DNA of 64,000 nt from Anaerohalosphaeraceae bacterium (GTDB lineage: Bacteria; Planctomycetota; Phycisphaerae; Sedimentisphaerales; Anaerohalosphaeraceae), in assembly GCA_050309605.1 (NCBI GenBank), contig JBNRMN010000089.1, forward strand, positions 1 through 64,000, written 5' to 3'. Both the position numbers and the translations under genes were made by a program. The notes under the pieces were generated by a model. The model worked only from the letters and a program-made list of their open reading frames with translations, was not told where the DNA came from and ran no database searches. Positions 31,202 through 40,976 of the stretch are shown one piece after another (positions within the stretch are counted from its first letter, which is position 1; every line of letters begins with the position of its first letter).

Positions 31202-34102
31202 TTAAGGCACGGGCACCGCACCGGGTATTGTGGACAATTGGGTTTCAAGCTGACCGGTGTTCAAATTGTAATGAATATACGGCACACGGGCGCCGTTGAC
31301 CATACAGGGGCGATTTTCAGTGCCCGTAATGGACAGCCATCCGTCAGCCTCGACGTCGTAGATGAGCGTGTACCCTTCGAGCAAATGCTTGCCCCGTTCT
31401 TCAAAAAAGACGCGCTCCCGGGCGGTCAGTCGGACAAGCCGGTTTCGTCCATCGGTCTCGTCCGCAAAGTCCATTTCCACCCGTCCGCCGGCCGCCCGAA
31501 TCATCCGGGACGGCGCGCCGTCGATCAGCGGGATATAGGCCGCTTCCAGCACATCGGCTTTGCCTTCGGCCGTGATTCGCCGCTCGGCGGCGATCCATTC
31601 AATACGGTCGAAGCCTTCAATCCGCGCAAAACTCGGCCCGCGCAGATCAATGCCGTCGGCCGAACCGGTCGATTCAGCCTTGCTGTTATCCACCTCAATC
31701 TGTCCCGGCCCGACAGCGACCAATCGTTCATCTTGCCGGTCGAAGAGAATCTGTTCACAGTTCAGCCGAATGTGCGCCAGCTTGAGCGTCTCATGCGTGC
31801 GTATGGATTCGGCGTAAACGTCGCCGTCGCGCAGGACAATTTGACGAATGTCTGTTTGGTCCGCCGCATCGCGTCCGAGCGTAACGACCATCGTATCGCA
31901 ACGGAAGGCGTCGTTTTGCGTATAGGCGGCAAACTGCTGTGTCCGCACCCCGTTGACATGGCGATTGAAGATGACGGTCTCGATTTGACGGTCGTCGCCG
32001 GCAATAAACTCCGCATCGCCGTCAGCGGTAATTTCAACCGGCCAGGAATCGGTCAGCAATCCGCTGTTGGGGTCGGCCTGCTGATAAAACACAAATCGCA
32101 CCGGCCCGACGGCCCGACCGGAGCCGGTTTGCAGATCATAACGGATGGTGCGTGCTTCAAACCGCGCAGGGGGGTGGGAAGTCTGCGATTCGGCGGTCTC
32201 CAGCGCCGCCGCGGTGGTGGTCTCAAAACGTACCGGCTGAACCGCGCCGGATTCGTCGGCGGCAAACGCGATAAACGCCGCTTCCGTTTGCAGATGCCCG
32301 CTGTCGGAAAGCAGACGAACATCGCCGGCCAGATCAGCCCGGGCAAGCTGACGTTGGTCGTCAAAATGAAACACCGCCGTATCAGCCGCGGCCGAGGACG
32401 GCGACGCAGCGTCTGCGTTTTCAAAGCGTACCGCGCCTTCGAGCCGGGCGGCGGTCAGCGCATTGCCCGATCCAAAGGCCAGAAACGCCGAATCAGCCGC
32501 GGTTTTCAATGTGCCGCGGCCCTGTAAATCCGCCGCCATACCGCCGGTCAAATTCACCGCAGCCAGTTCCAGTGCGGACGATTGGGCGGGCGGCTCGGCA
32601 AAAAGCAGCTCCATCTGACCGGCAAAGGCAATTCGTCCGGCCTCGGTTGAATCGTCCTGTGCGCCGTGCACATACACCACCCCCGGACCGACGATCTGGG
32701 CCTGATGGGTCTTGCGATCCCATACCACCGGCCCCTGCGTCTCAATGCGTCCGGCGGTTGATGAACCGCCGCCGAGCAAAATGTCGCTCTCGATCGCGCC
32801 TCGGAACAGTTTGAGCACATCGGCGCTGATGTCATAATGCAGCAGGCCGCAATGGACCAGCGGCAGCGTTCCGTTCGGCGATTGAGGATCAAACTGCTCG
32901 ATTCGCAGCGGCGCTCCGTTCATCTCAACCGCCATTGCCGCCGCAGGGAATCCATCCGAAACATGGTTCATCGGCTGAATCACAATCCCCCCGTCGCAGG
33001 TCACTATCACATCGCGGCTGTCGTCCGAATCAGTCTCGACCGGCGCCGTCGCGACGGGCGCCGGATCGACGGGCAAGGGGTCTGAGGGCGGCTGGTTCGG
33101 CAGCGCCGCGACCGAAGAAGTAGAGGATGACGCATCAATCCGTTCCGCTGCAGATGATTCGGCAGCAGTCGCCTGTTTAGGCGCATCAGGGTCCGGCGAA
33201 CGAAACAGAATGTTTTGAATGTTGACCTGATCGGCGCCGCCCACCACGATCCGGTCGCCGTAGCGAATCACGACATTATGTTCAATCACGCACTGATAGA
33301 GGCGCGACTGTTCGACGTCGTCGTCTTCAGGCTCTTTTGATTCAGGCTGCGACGGCTGCGTCTCCTGCGCAATAACCGCGCTTGACGGCGATGCGGCCTC
33401 GTTCCCAGCGGAGGGGGCGCCGGGCTGCGGGGCCGGCTCGGCCTGTACAACATTTTTCAGACGAAGCGACTCCAAATCCAGAATGTGCAGATATTCGACC
33501 TGCCCGTCCTGGGCATTGATCATCAGCACCAGGCCGCGACCTGACAGATCGACCTGACTGGATATCGCCCGAACGGGGCCATCGGTCGAAAATTCCGTTC
33601 GTTCGCTGCTGAACATCAAATCATCCATCAGAATCGTGGTCTCGGCCACGCGACTGTCCGGGGCGGGTTTGACCCGAATGACCACGTTGCCCTCCAGCCG
33701 ACCATCCTGAGGCACAACGCTCTGGCCGGTGCGCTCTATTTGAAATAGGCCGTTGTCGGCGTCGATGCGATATTCATAAGCGGATTCGTAAAAAATAATA
33801 TACGGTTTTTCGACCTGCCAGCGGGCGGAGGGGCTGGACGGATTGATCAGACGCGAAAACCCGAACACCCGCGTCACCTGGCGTGTTTCAGGATCGCGGG
33901 TGACATAATAGGACTGTTCGGCGCCGTGAATATAGGTTTGTCCGATGCGCCCGGCGGTATCCCCCGTCGCGGGCAGTTCCAGCTCTCGGCCGTTGTGCGT
34001 CCGCGGCGGCTCCAGCGTAGTTGAGCCGCTGAATCGGATATAGCCCCAATAGGCCGCCCCCGCCGCTGCCAGCCCCGCCAGAATGAGAATGACTTTTCGC
34101 AT
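31202..34102 (-). CDS. 966-aa membrane-anchored periplasmic protein with an LptC-like domain and repeated OstA/LptA-like beta segments
   Basis: N-terminal TM; VEKPYIIFY..IDADNG..LEGNVVI..FSTDGPV..LSGRGL is LptC-like; recurring L.G.V.F units; directly downstream of kdsD-kdsC. Confidence 0.65.
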   Translation of the reverse strand: MRKVILILAGLAAAGAAYWGYIRFSGSTTLEPPRTHNGRELELPATGDTAGRIGQTYIHGAEQSYYVTRDPETRQVTRVFGFSRLINPSSPSARWQVEKPYIIFYESAYEYRIDADNGLFQIERTGQSVVPQDGRLEGNVVIRVKPAPDSRVAETTILMDDLMFSSERTEFSTDGPVRAISSQVDLSGRGLVLMINAQDGQVEYLHILDLESLRLKNVVQAEPAPQPGAPSAGNEAASPSSAVIAQETQPSQPESKEPEDDDVEQSRLYQCVIEHNVVIRYGDRIVVGGADQVNIQNILFRSPDPDAPKQATAAESSAAERIDASSSTSSVAALPNQPPSDPLPVDPAPVATAPVETDSDDSRDVIVTCDGGIVIQPMNHVSDGFPAAAMAVEMNGAPLRIEQFDPQSPNGTLPLVHCGLLHYDISADVLKLFRGAIESDILLGGGSSTAGRIETQGPVVWDRKTHQAQIVGPGVVYVHGAQDDSTEAGRIAFAGQMELLFAEPPAQSSALELAAVNLTGGMAADLQGRGTLKTAADSAFLAFGSGNALTAARLEGAVRFENADAASPSSAAADTAVFHFDDQRQLARADLAGDVRLLSDSGHLQTEAAFIAFAADESGAVQPVRFETTTAAALETAESQTSHPPARFEARTIRYDLQTGSGRAVGPVRFVFYQQADPNSGLLTDSWPVEITADGDAEFIAGDDRQIETVIFNRHVNGVRTQQFAAYTQNDAFRCDTMVVTLGRDAADQTDIRQIVLRDGDVYAESIRTHETLKLAHIRLNCEQILFDRQDERLVAVGPGQIEVDNSKAESTGSADGIDLRGPSFARIEGFDRIEWIAAERRITAEGKADVLEAAYIPLIDGAPSRMIRAAGGRVEMDFADETDGRNRLVRLTARERVFFEERGKHLLEGYTLIYDVEADGWLSITGTENRPCMVNGARVPYIHYNLNTGQLETQLSTIPGAVPVP

Positions 34103-34125
34103 CGCAGTCCCTTTGTCTCTTGTAT

Positions 34126-34647
34126 TCATCGTCTGTAACGCTGCATCAACGGCTCCCACACGCCGGCCTGCTTGAGGATGTATTCGATGGTTTCGCCGAC
34201 GGCGCCGCTGCCGCCGGATCGGCATGTGGCCCAGTCGGCAACCTGCTTGAGATCCTCTGACGCATTGGCAACCGCCACGCCGAAGCCGACCCGCCGTACA
34301 ATCGGAATATCCATCAAATCATCGCCGACATAGGCAACCTGTTCGGGACGGAGGTCCAGTTCACTCAGCAGCGACTCAAAGGCCGGCAGTTTTTGCGTAC
34401 AGCCCTGATGAACATACTTGATGTCGAGCTGTTCAGCGCGCAGCGTCGTCGGTCGGCTGTCGCGCCCGCTGATGATCGCACTGAGACGCCCGGAACGATG
34501 CCACATTCGAATACGGTGGCCGTCATAGACGCAGAATCGTTTGCTCTCGGAGCCGTCCGAATGCACAATGATCCCGCCGTCGGTGAGCACGCCGTCCACA
34601 TCCATAATCAACAGTTGAATTTGGTTGAAATCTATCGCTTTGCCCAT
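34126..34647 (-). CDS. kdsC: KDO 8-phosphate phosphatase
   Basis: MDVDGVLTDG, ISGR, YVGDDLMD, GGSGAVGE. Confidence 0.95.
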   Translation of the reverse strand: MGKAIDFNQIQLLIMDVDGVLTDGGIIVHSDGSESKRFCVYDGHRIRMWHRSGRLSAIISGRDSRPTTLRAEQLDIKYVHQGCTQKLPAFESLLSELDLRPEQVAYVGDDLMDIPIVRRVGFGVAVANASEDLKQVADWATCRSGGSGAVGETIEYILKQAGVWEPLMQRYRR

Positions 34648-34665
34648 CGATTCTGTTTTTCTTTC

Positions 34666-34690
34666 TCTGACTTCTGACTTCTGACTTCTG
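34666..34690. repeat. 7-bp tandem repeat TCTGACT, 3 full units plus a partial
   Basis: tctgact tctgact tctgact tctg between kdsD and kdsC. Confidence 0.9.
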
Positions 34691-34693
34691 TTC

Positions 34694-35725
34694 TCACCCG
34701 ACAATCTTAATCGCGACGATATCCTGTACATCAATCAGACCGACCGGACGGTTGTCGGCATCCACAACCGGCAGTTCATCAATGCGGTACTTGTGAAAAA
34801 TGGCCATCGCCTCAGCCGCCAGCGTATCGGGACGAACGCGCTTGCAATCCGGCGTCATCACCTGCTGCGTTTTCATTCTCAAAGCATCGGCGCCCGCCGT
34901 CGAGATGGCCCTCCGCAGATCGCCGTCGGTGATAATCCCGGCCAGCCGCCCGTCGGCATTGACAATCATCACCGCCCCGCGGCGTTTCAGAGCGGCCGTT
35001 TTGTTCAGCATCTGCTCTACAGTATCCGTTTCCAAAGCCTGCGGCAGCGGCTCGTCGGGCTTGAACCACATCGTTTGTCCGACCGTCATCAGTTGCGCCC
35101 CCAGCGCCCCGGCCGGATGAAACCGTGCATAATCTTCAACGCTGAACCGCCTGGCTTTCATCACGGTCAGCGCCAACGCATCGCCGAGCGCCAGCATACA
35201 GGTCGTTGAAACACTCGGCGCTGCGCCTAATGGGCAGGCCTCGATGAGTTTGCCCATGCACAATGCCACATCGCTGTGACGCGCCAGCCGCGATTGCGCA
35301 TCGCCGACGATGGAGACCAGACAAATTTCCCGCTGCTTGAGCGGTTCAACCAGACGCAGGATTTCATCGCTTTCGCCGCTGTGGCTCAACGCCAGCACCA
35401 TATCGTCGTTTTGAATCCGCCCCAGGTCGCCGTGCACCGCCTCGGCCGGATGGAGAAAATGACTGGCCGTGCCGGTGGAGGCCAGCGTCGCGCTGATCTT
35501 GTTGCCGATTATGCCCGCCTTGCCGATGCCTGTAACGATCACCGAACCGCGGCAGGTTAAGAAAAGTTCCGCCGCGCGGACAAACGCCGGATCGCGCACC
35601 ACCGGAAGCAATCCGCGAACCGCCGCCGCCTCGGTCTTGATCACCTGTTCGGCAAACGCCGGATCAATCCGCCCGGCTGCGGTATCGGGGGCTGCCGTCT
35701 GTTCATAAGGCGTAGATTTCATCAT
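34694..35725 (-). CDS. kdsD: Arabinose-5-phosphate isomerase (KpsF/GutQ family)
   Basis: TGIGKAG, ASTGT, HPAEAVHGDLG, EACPLG, FHPAGALG, CBS pair. Confidence 0.95.
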   Translation of the reverse strand: MMKSTPYEQTAAPDTAAGRIDPAFAEQVIKTEAAAVRGLLPVVRDPAFVRAAELFLTCRGSVIVTGIGKAGIIGNKISATLASTGTASHFLHPAEAVHGDLGRIQNDDMVLALSHSGESDEILRLVEPLKQREICLVSIVGDAQSRLARHSDVALCMGKLIEACPLGAAPSVSTTCMLALGDALALTVMKARRFSVEDYARFHPAGALGAQLMTVGQTMWFKPDEPLPQALETDTVEQMLNKTAALKRRGAVMIVNADGRLAGIITDGDLRRAISTAGADALRMKTQQVMTPDCKRVRPDTLAAEAMAIFHKYRIDELPVVDADNRPVGLIDVQDIVAIKIVG

Positions 35726-35733
35726 GCGACTCC

Positions 35734-37260
35734 TCACGCAAACTTCACCGCACTGCCGCGTTCATCAAAACATTGAATTTGCACCGGCTCATTGTTGGCG
35801 CCCCATAAATCCGGAATGACGACCACTTGTTTTTCCAGGTCGGCTTCAAGCCGCGCCAGCACCTGACGTTTGTCATTCTGAAGAAACAGCGCCACTTCTT
35901 TGGGAGCGGTAATCTCGATGCGCTTGATTTCTTTGCGGGAGGTCGCCAGACGCAACTGCCGCAGGATTTCAATGGCCTGCGACTCGAAACTTTTGATCAT
36001 CCCGGAGCCTTTGCAGTGCGGACACATCAGATACGTACTGGATTGCAGCGAAGGGCGCATCCGCTGCCGCGTCAGTTCAATCAGTCCGAATGCGCTCATC
36101 TTCAGCGCACGCGACCGCGCCCGATCGGTGCGAAGGGCCTCGCGAAAGGCTTTTTCCACTTCACGTTTGTTTTTGTTGTCGCGCATATCGATGAAATCAC
36201 AGATAATCAACCCGCCCAAATCCCGCAGCTTGAGCTGACGAACGATCTCACGCGCCGCTTCCAGATTGATCTGCAGAGCCGTCCGCTCGGCGTTGTTCTG
36301 TTTGCGGTATCGTCCGCTGTTGACATCAATAGCGACCAGCGCCTCGGTTTGTTCGATCACCAGCGAACCGCCGCTTTTGAGCTGCACATGGCTGGACTGT
36401 ATCTTTTCGATTTCCTTCTCGATATTATAACGATTAAACAGCGGCGCCTTGCCGTCATAATAGATGACGCGGCGTTTCAGACGCGGCTGGACAATCGACA
36501 AAAAATCGCGGATTCTCTTCGTCACCGACTCGCCGTCGCAATAAATCTTGCTGATGGTGTTGTCAAAAATATCACGCACGGTTCGAATCGCCAGATCGGA
36601 TTCCTGATAAAGTTCACCCGGCACCTTGTCTTTTTCAATTTTCTTGCTGACCACACTCCAAAGGCGGTTCAGATAAGCAATATCATTTTGCAGCTCGCGT
36701 TTGTTGGCCATCTGCGCAGCGGTGCGGACAATCAGTCCCGCCTGCCGCGGCAGGTTCAGACTTTCCATCGTTTCGCGCAGTTTTTTGCGCTCGGCCTCAT
36801 CTTCGATTTTCTGCGAAATGCCCACCCCGCTCATCCAGGGCATCAGCACCATATACTTGCCCGGCAGCGACAAATACGTCGTCAGGGTCGGACCTTTGGT
36901 ATTGATGCCTTCTTTGATCACCTGAACAACGATGTCCTGGCCTTTTTTAAGACATCGCTGAATGGGGGGGCGCTGGCTGAGGGCCTTGCGGCGTCCGATG
37001 TTTTCCACCTCGTCGGACTTGCCGCTGAAATAGCGGGGGTGCAGATCGCTGATATGCAGAAATCCGTTTTTGGCCGCGCCGAAATCGATAAACGCCGCCT
37101 GAATAGCCGACTCGACATTGATCACCCGCCCTTTGTAAATATTCCCGACGTGACTGACCAGGGCAGTTCGCTCGGTATAGAGCTCTTCCAGCGACCCGTC
37201 CTCAACGACAGCCACGCGACATTCTTCATCCGTTACATTAATCAGCATTTCTCGCGTCAT
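35734..37260 (-). CDS. rng: Rne/Rng family ribonuclease (RNase G-sized)
   Basis: GNIYKG, AAFIDFG, TEALVAIDVNSG, LRDLGGLIICDFIDM, CPHCKG. Confidence 0.93.
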   Translation of the reverse strand: MTREMLINVTDEECRVAVVEDGSLEELYTERTALVSHVGNIYKGRVINVESAIQAAFIDFGAAKNGFLHISDLHPRYFSGKSDEVENIGRRKALSQRPPIQRCLKKGQDIVVQVIKEGINTKGPTLTTYLSLPGKYMVLMPWMSGVGISQKIEDEAERKKLRETMESLNLPRQAGLIVRTAAQMANKRELQNDIAYLNRLWSVVSKKIEKDKVPGELYQESDLAIRTVRDIFDNTISKIYCDGESVTKRIRDFLSIVQPRLKRRVIYYDGKAPLFNRYNIEKEIEKIQSSHVQLKSGGSLVIEQTEALVAIDVNSGRYRKQNNAERTALQINLEAAREIVRQLKLRDLGGLIICDFIDMRDNKNKREVEKAFREALRTDRARSRALKMSAFGLIELTRQRMRPSLQSSTYLMCPHCKGSGMIKSFESQAIEILRQLRLATSRKEIKRIEITAPKEVALFLQNDKRQVLARLEADLEKQVVVIPDLWGANNEPVQIQCFDERGSAVKFA

Positions 37261-37268
37261 GATAGATT

Positions 37269-37946
37269 TTATTCTCCTTGCCAATGTTTTGCTTGCGATA
37301 CCCAGCCTGCGGCAATACGCCGCACCGGTTCGGCCAGATCGGCCGGGGCCAATTCAAGCCAGCGCATCAGTTCATCAACACGAACCGTCCCTTCCGGGCG
37401 AATCGTGCACTGTACCTCAACATTTGTTCCAGTGTGGGTTAATTGCCTCAGAAAGGGACCAATATCGATTTCTCGCTGTTTGCGCTGTTCCGTTTGTCGC
37501 CGCAGAACAACAGGTTCACGCGCCTGCAACTGCCGCAGACAACGGTCAAAACGGGCCTGCCGCAAAGGATCCGGCGGCCGGGTCAGTATAAATTGATATG
37601 TCGCCGACACAGGATAAAACGACGCCCTGCCCGGAACAACATCCGTAAAAATCAGTGTACAGCCGTCCGGCAGCAGCGGCACAATCGCATCACGTGCCGT
37701 TTGGGCGCAAAAGCCCTCCGCCGACACCCGCGCGCACAATCGCTCACAATCCGACTGCACACCCACACTGCGCGGCAGCGGCAGCGACAGGCGCGGATGC
37801 GGATTGTACCCCTGTGAAAAGATCAGCGGCACCTGCGCTCGCACCAAAATCCGCCGCCACAACGACAACGTTTCCTGATGTGACAAAAACGCCAATCGGC
37901 CGTGTATCTTAAAATCCGCAATGAACGTCACATACTCCGTTTGCAT
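37269..37946 (-). CDS. DUF2344 (radical SAM-associated) protein
   Basis: FLSHQE, FSQGYNPHPRLS, VGVQSDCE, LPDG. Confidence 0.88.
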   Translation of the reverse strand: MQTEYVTFIADFKIHGRLAFLSHQETLSLWRRILVRAQVPLIFSQGYNPHPRLSLPLPRSVGVQSDCERLCARVSAEGFCAQTARDAIVPLLPDGCTLIFTDVVPGRASFYPVSATYQFILTRPPDPLRQARFDRCLRQLQAREPVVLRRQTEQRKQREIDIGPFLRQLTHTGTNVEVQCTIRPEGTVRVDELMRWLELAPADLAEPVRRIAAGWVSQAKHWQGE

Positions 37947-37956
37947 CCGCCGGTCT

Positions 37957-39693
37957 CTAAAAGTTTTCCGGCAAAATTTTCAACGCCGCATCACGCAGCA
38001 CATTTTTGATTTGCCGACTCGAATCCAGCGCGGCGGCCCGTCGAGCCAACTGGCCGCATTCTTCTATCGAGACGGAACGTATAATCTGTTTGACCTCCGG
38101 AATCATCGGCACCGCCAGCGACAACGTCCGGACCCCCATCCCCAGCAGCAGCATAATAAATTCCGGATCCGACGCCACCTCGCCGCACACGCTTAGCCCG
38201 ATTCGGGCCTTGTGGGCGTCCTGAATCACGCCGCGAATCAGACGCAGCACCGCCGGTTCGGCCGGCGAAAACAGCGTCGAAACGTGCTCATTGGCGCGAT
38301 CCACCGCCAGTGTATATTGAATCAAATCGTTGGTGCCGATGCTGAAAAAATCCGCTTCCTGCGCCAGCAGCCCGCCCGTCAGCGCCGAACTGGGCGTCTC
38401 TATCATAATCCCGACCGGAATATCGGCATTATACGGCACGGCGTACTCGTCCAGATCCTCCATCACATCCCGCAGAATCATTTTGGCCTGCCGCAGTTCC
38501 TGCAGGTTGGTGATCAGCGGAAACATCACACGCAGATCGCCGAGCACCGACGCCCGCAGAATCGCCCGAAGCTGCGTCTTGAACATCGGCAAATCCTGAA
38601 GACAATAGCGAATCGACCGCAAACCCAGCGCCGGATTCGTTTCATTGGGGTGCCAGCTTGAATGCGGCATCTTGTCGGCGCCGAGATCCATCGTGCGAAT
38701 CACGACGGGTTTGTCTTTCATGGTACGGATGGTCTCCGCATACGCATGATAGTGGTCGTCCTCGGTCGGCTCCGACCCGCCGTACAAATAGAGAAATTCC
38801 GTGCGGTACAAACCGATGCCGTCGCCGCCTTTTTCAAGCACCTGTTCGGCTTCATCGGGAAATTCGATATTGCCCATCAATTCCACGCGCACACCGTCGC
38901 GCGTCTGGGCGGGCAATTCGCGCAGCACATTCAATTCGCTGACAAACTGTGTGACGCGCTCGGCGTAGCGCGCGTATTGCTGGAGCGTCTCTTCGTCCGG
39001 ATCAATAATCACCACGCCGCGATTGCCGTCCACGATCACCTGGCATTCCGGCGGAATTTCCGAAGACAGATCCCCCAGCGCCACCACCGCCGGAATCCCC
39101 AGCGAACGGGCCACAATCGCAGTATGGCTGGTCCGTCCCCCCCGCTCGGTGGCAAAGCCCTTGACAAAGGATTTATTAAACCCGGCCGTCTGGGTGGGCG
39201 TCAGGTCATGGGCCAGAATCACCACCTCATCGCGCAAGTGCTCAATATTATCTTCAACGCGCCCCAGCAGGTGCTTGAGCAGGCGCTTTTCAATATCGTA
39301 AATATCCGCCGCCCGCTCGCTGATGTAGGGATCGTCAATGCCGGCAAAGTGCGATGCAATCTCGCGCAAAATAGTGGACACCGCATACTCGGCGGTCACC
39401 ATTTCTTTGTAGATTAAATCGGTGATGCGCTTGCGAAAGCTCTTGTCCCGCAAAAAACGCATATGCACCGCAAAAATATCGCCGATTTTGCTTTCTTCAA
39501 TCCGTTTGGCCGACTTGATGTCATCCAGTTCCTGGATCGCCCGGGCAAAGGCCTTGCGCACCCGCTGAATCTCGGAGGCCCGCTGCGAAGCCATAATCGA
39601 CCGTCGCGGAATACGATAGTCGCGCGAGTCAATGACCATTGCTTTGGCAATCGCAATCCCCGGCGAAACCGCTATGCCCTTTCTAATCTCCAT
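37957..39693 (-). CDS. ptsI: PTS enzyme I
   Basis: GGRTSHTAI phospho-His, GIGLYRTEF, NPALGLR, SIGTNDL, CGE. Confidence 0.97.
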   Translation of the reverse strand: MEIRKGIAVSPGIAIAKAMVIDSRDYRIPRRSIMASQRASEIQRVRKAFARAIQELDDIKSAKRIEESKIGDIFAVHMRFLRDKSFRKRITDLIYKEMVTAEYAVSTILREIASHFAGIDDPYISERAADIYDIEKRLLKHLLGRVEDNIEHLRDEVVILAHDLTPTQTAGFNKSFVKGFATERGGRTSHTAIVARSLGIPAVVALGDLSSEIPPECQVIVDGNRGVVIIDPDEETLQQYARYAERVTQFVSELNVLRELPAQTRDGVRVELMGNIEFPDEAEQVLEKGGDGIGLYRTEFLYLYGGSEPTEDDHYHAYAETIRTMKDKPVVIRTMDLGADKMPHSSWHPNETNPALGLRSIRYCLQDLPMFKTQLRAILRASVLGDLRVMFPLITNLQELRQAKMILRDVMEDLDEYAVPYNADIPVGIMIETPSSALTGGLLAQEADFFSIGTNDLIQYTLAVDRANEHVSTLFSPAEPAVLRLIRGVIQDAHKARIGLSVCGEVASDPEFIMLLLGMGVRTLSLAVPMIPEVKQIIRSVSIEECGQLARRAAALDSSRQIKNVLRDAALKILPENF

Positions 39694-39699
39694 ATATGC

Positions 39700-40014
39700 T
39701 TAACCGTCATCCTTTTGGCCGACGCCTGATTGCGACGACACATCCGAAACAATTTGATCGAGCAGTTCCTGCAAAGATGCAATCGCTTTACGCGCATCGG
39801 CGCCTTCGGCACGTATCTTCAATCGCGTTCCGCAGGTCGCCGCCAGCATCGTCATCTGCATAATGCTTTTGGCATCCACCGTGGTGTCCTGATTACTGAC
39901 CGAAATCTCCGCATCAAAGGTATTCGCCAGGTCCACAAACTGCATGGCAGGCCGCATATGCAGCCCTTCGGGGTTGCGAACCTCAACTTCAATTTCATAA
40001 CTCGATTCGGGCAC
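39700..40014 (-). CDS. ptsH: HPr phosphocarrier
   Basis: GLHMRPA and AKSIMQM; AAGGAG RBS before a GTG. Confidence 0.95.
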   Translation of the reverse strand: MPESSYEIEVEVRNPEGLHMRPAMQFVDLANTFDAEISVSNQDTTVDAKSIMQMTMLAATCGTRLKIRAEGADARKAIASLQELLDQIVSDVSSQSGVGQKDDG

Positions 40015-40061
40015 CTGACGCTCCTTAATACGTATCGGCACAGATCATTTCGACCCCGGAC

Positions 40062-40535
40062 CTATTCAGACACTTCCCCATCCGAATCCCTGATCGCTTC
40101 GATAATATCCTGTGCACTTTGAGACTGACGCAGAAAACGACGAAAATCATCGTTCTGGAGATTTCTGAAGATCGTCTCCATGGCCTGAAGATGCTTGTCC
40201 GGGTTGGTGGTCGGACTGAGCAGCAGAAAAATCGTATAAACCGGCTGCTTGTCCAGCGACGAAAAATCGATGCCCGACGCCGAACAGCCCACCACCGCCA
40301 CCAGCCGCGTGACGCCTGTATGTTTGACGTGCGGCACCGCCACGCCTTTGCCGATGCCGGTACTGGCTTCATTTTCACGCTGGATGACCGCACGAGTCAG
40401 CGTCGTCGGGTCCGCTTTACCCAGTTTCTTCTTTTTATGCAGCGACATAATCAACTCTTCAATCGCGGCATTTCGATCGGTAGCCGCCAATTGGGGAACA
40501 ATCGCATCAAAGCAAATGATGTCAGACAATTTCAT
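40062..40535 (-). CDS. ptsN: PTS EIIA (Fru/Ntr family)
   Basis: RENEASTGIGKGVAVPH, FSSLDKQPV; follows hpf. Confidence 0.88.
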   Translation of the reverse strand: MKLSDIICFDAIVPQLAATDRNAAIEELIMSLHKKKKLGKADPTTLTRAVIQRENEASTGIGKGVAVPHVKHTGVTRLVAVVGCSASGIDFSSLDKQPVYTIFLLLSPTTNPDKHLQAMETIFRNLQNDDFRRFLRQSQSAQDIIEAIRDSDGEVSE

Positions 40536-40591
40536 AGTTTCTCCTAAAGCGAACTGTCTCTCGACGACCTGCAATTTTCGGCGTTGCCGAC

Positions 40592-40954
40592 TCAGGCCAC
40601 GTCTTCTTCCTGAATCTGCGTTTTTTCGGCCAGCCGTTCACGTTCAGCCGGCGCTGGGTGCTTGTTGTCGCGCTGTTTTTCTTTAAGTTTGCGAAGCTGA
40701 CGCTCCATCTTGTGCATGGCCAAATCGATGCACGCATACAGGTCTTCTCCGCTTTCCCGGGCGACCACATCGTCGCGATGTTCCACGCTGGCAATGATTT
40801 CGACGCTCTGCATTACGCCTGTGCTCTTTTCCACAATCACTTCGACCTGGCTGACCGAATTAAAATAACGCGGCAGTTTGGCCGCTTTTTCCTCAATGTG
40901 AGCACGTATGGCGTCTGTAACTTCAATGTGCTTACCCGTGATTGTAACAATCAT
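40592..40954 (-). CDS. hpf: Ribosome hibernation promoting factor (RaiA/HPF)
   Basis: ITGKHIEVTDAIR, DLYACID..KMERQLRKLKEK. Confidence 0.95.
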   Translation of the reverse strand: MIVTITGKHIEVTDAIRAHIEEKAAKLPRYFNSVSQVEVIVEKSTGVMQSVEIIASVEHRDDVVARESGEDLYACIDLAMHKMERQLRKLKEKQRDNKHPAPAERERLAEKTQIQEEDVA

Positions 40955-40976
40955 AATTTCTTCCTGAAAAAAGTTA

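Noticed and set aside
35827..37596. 589-aa plus-strand ORF (similarly 31106..32527 and 60467..61417)
   Set aside because: Shadow ORFs over well-supported genes.
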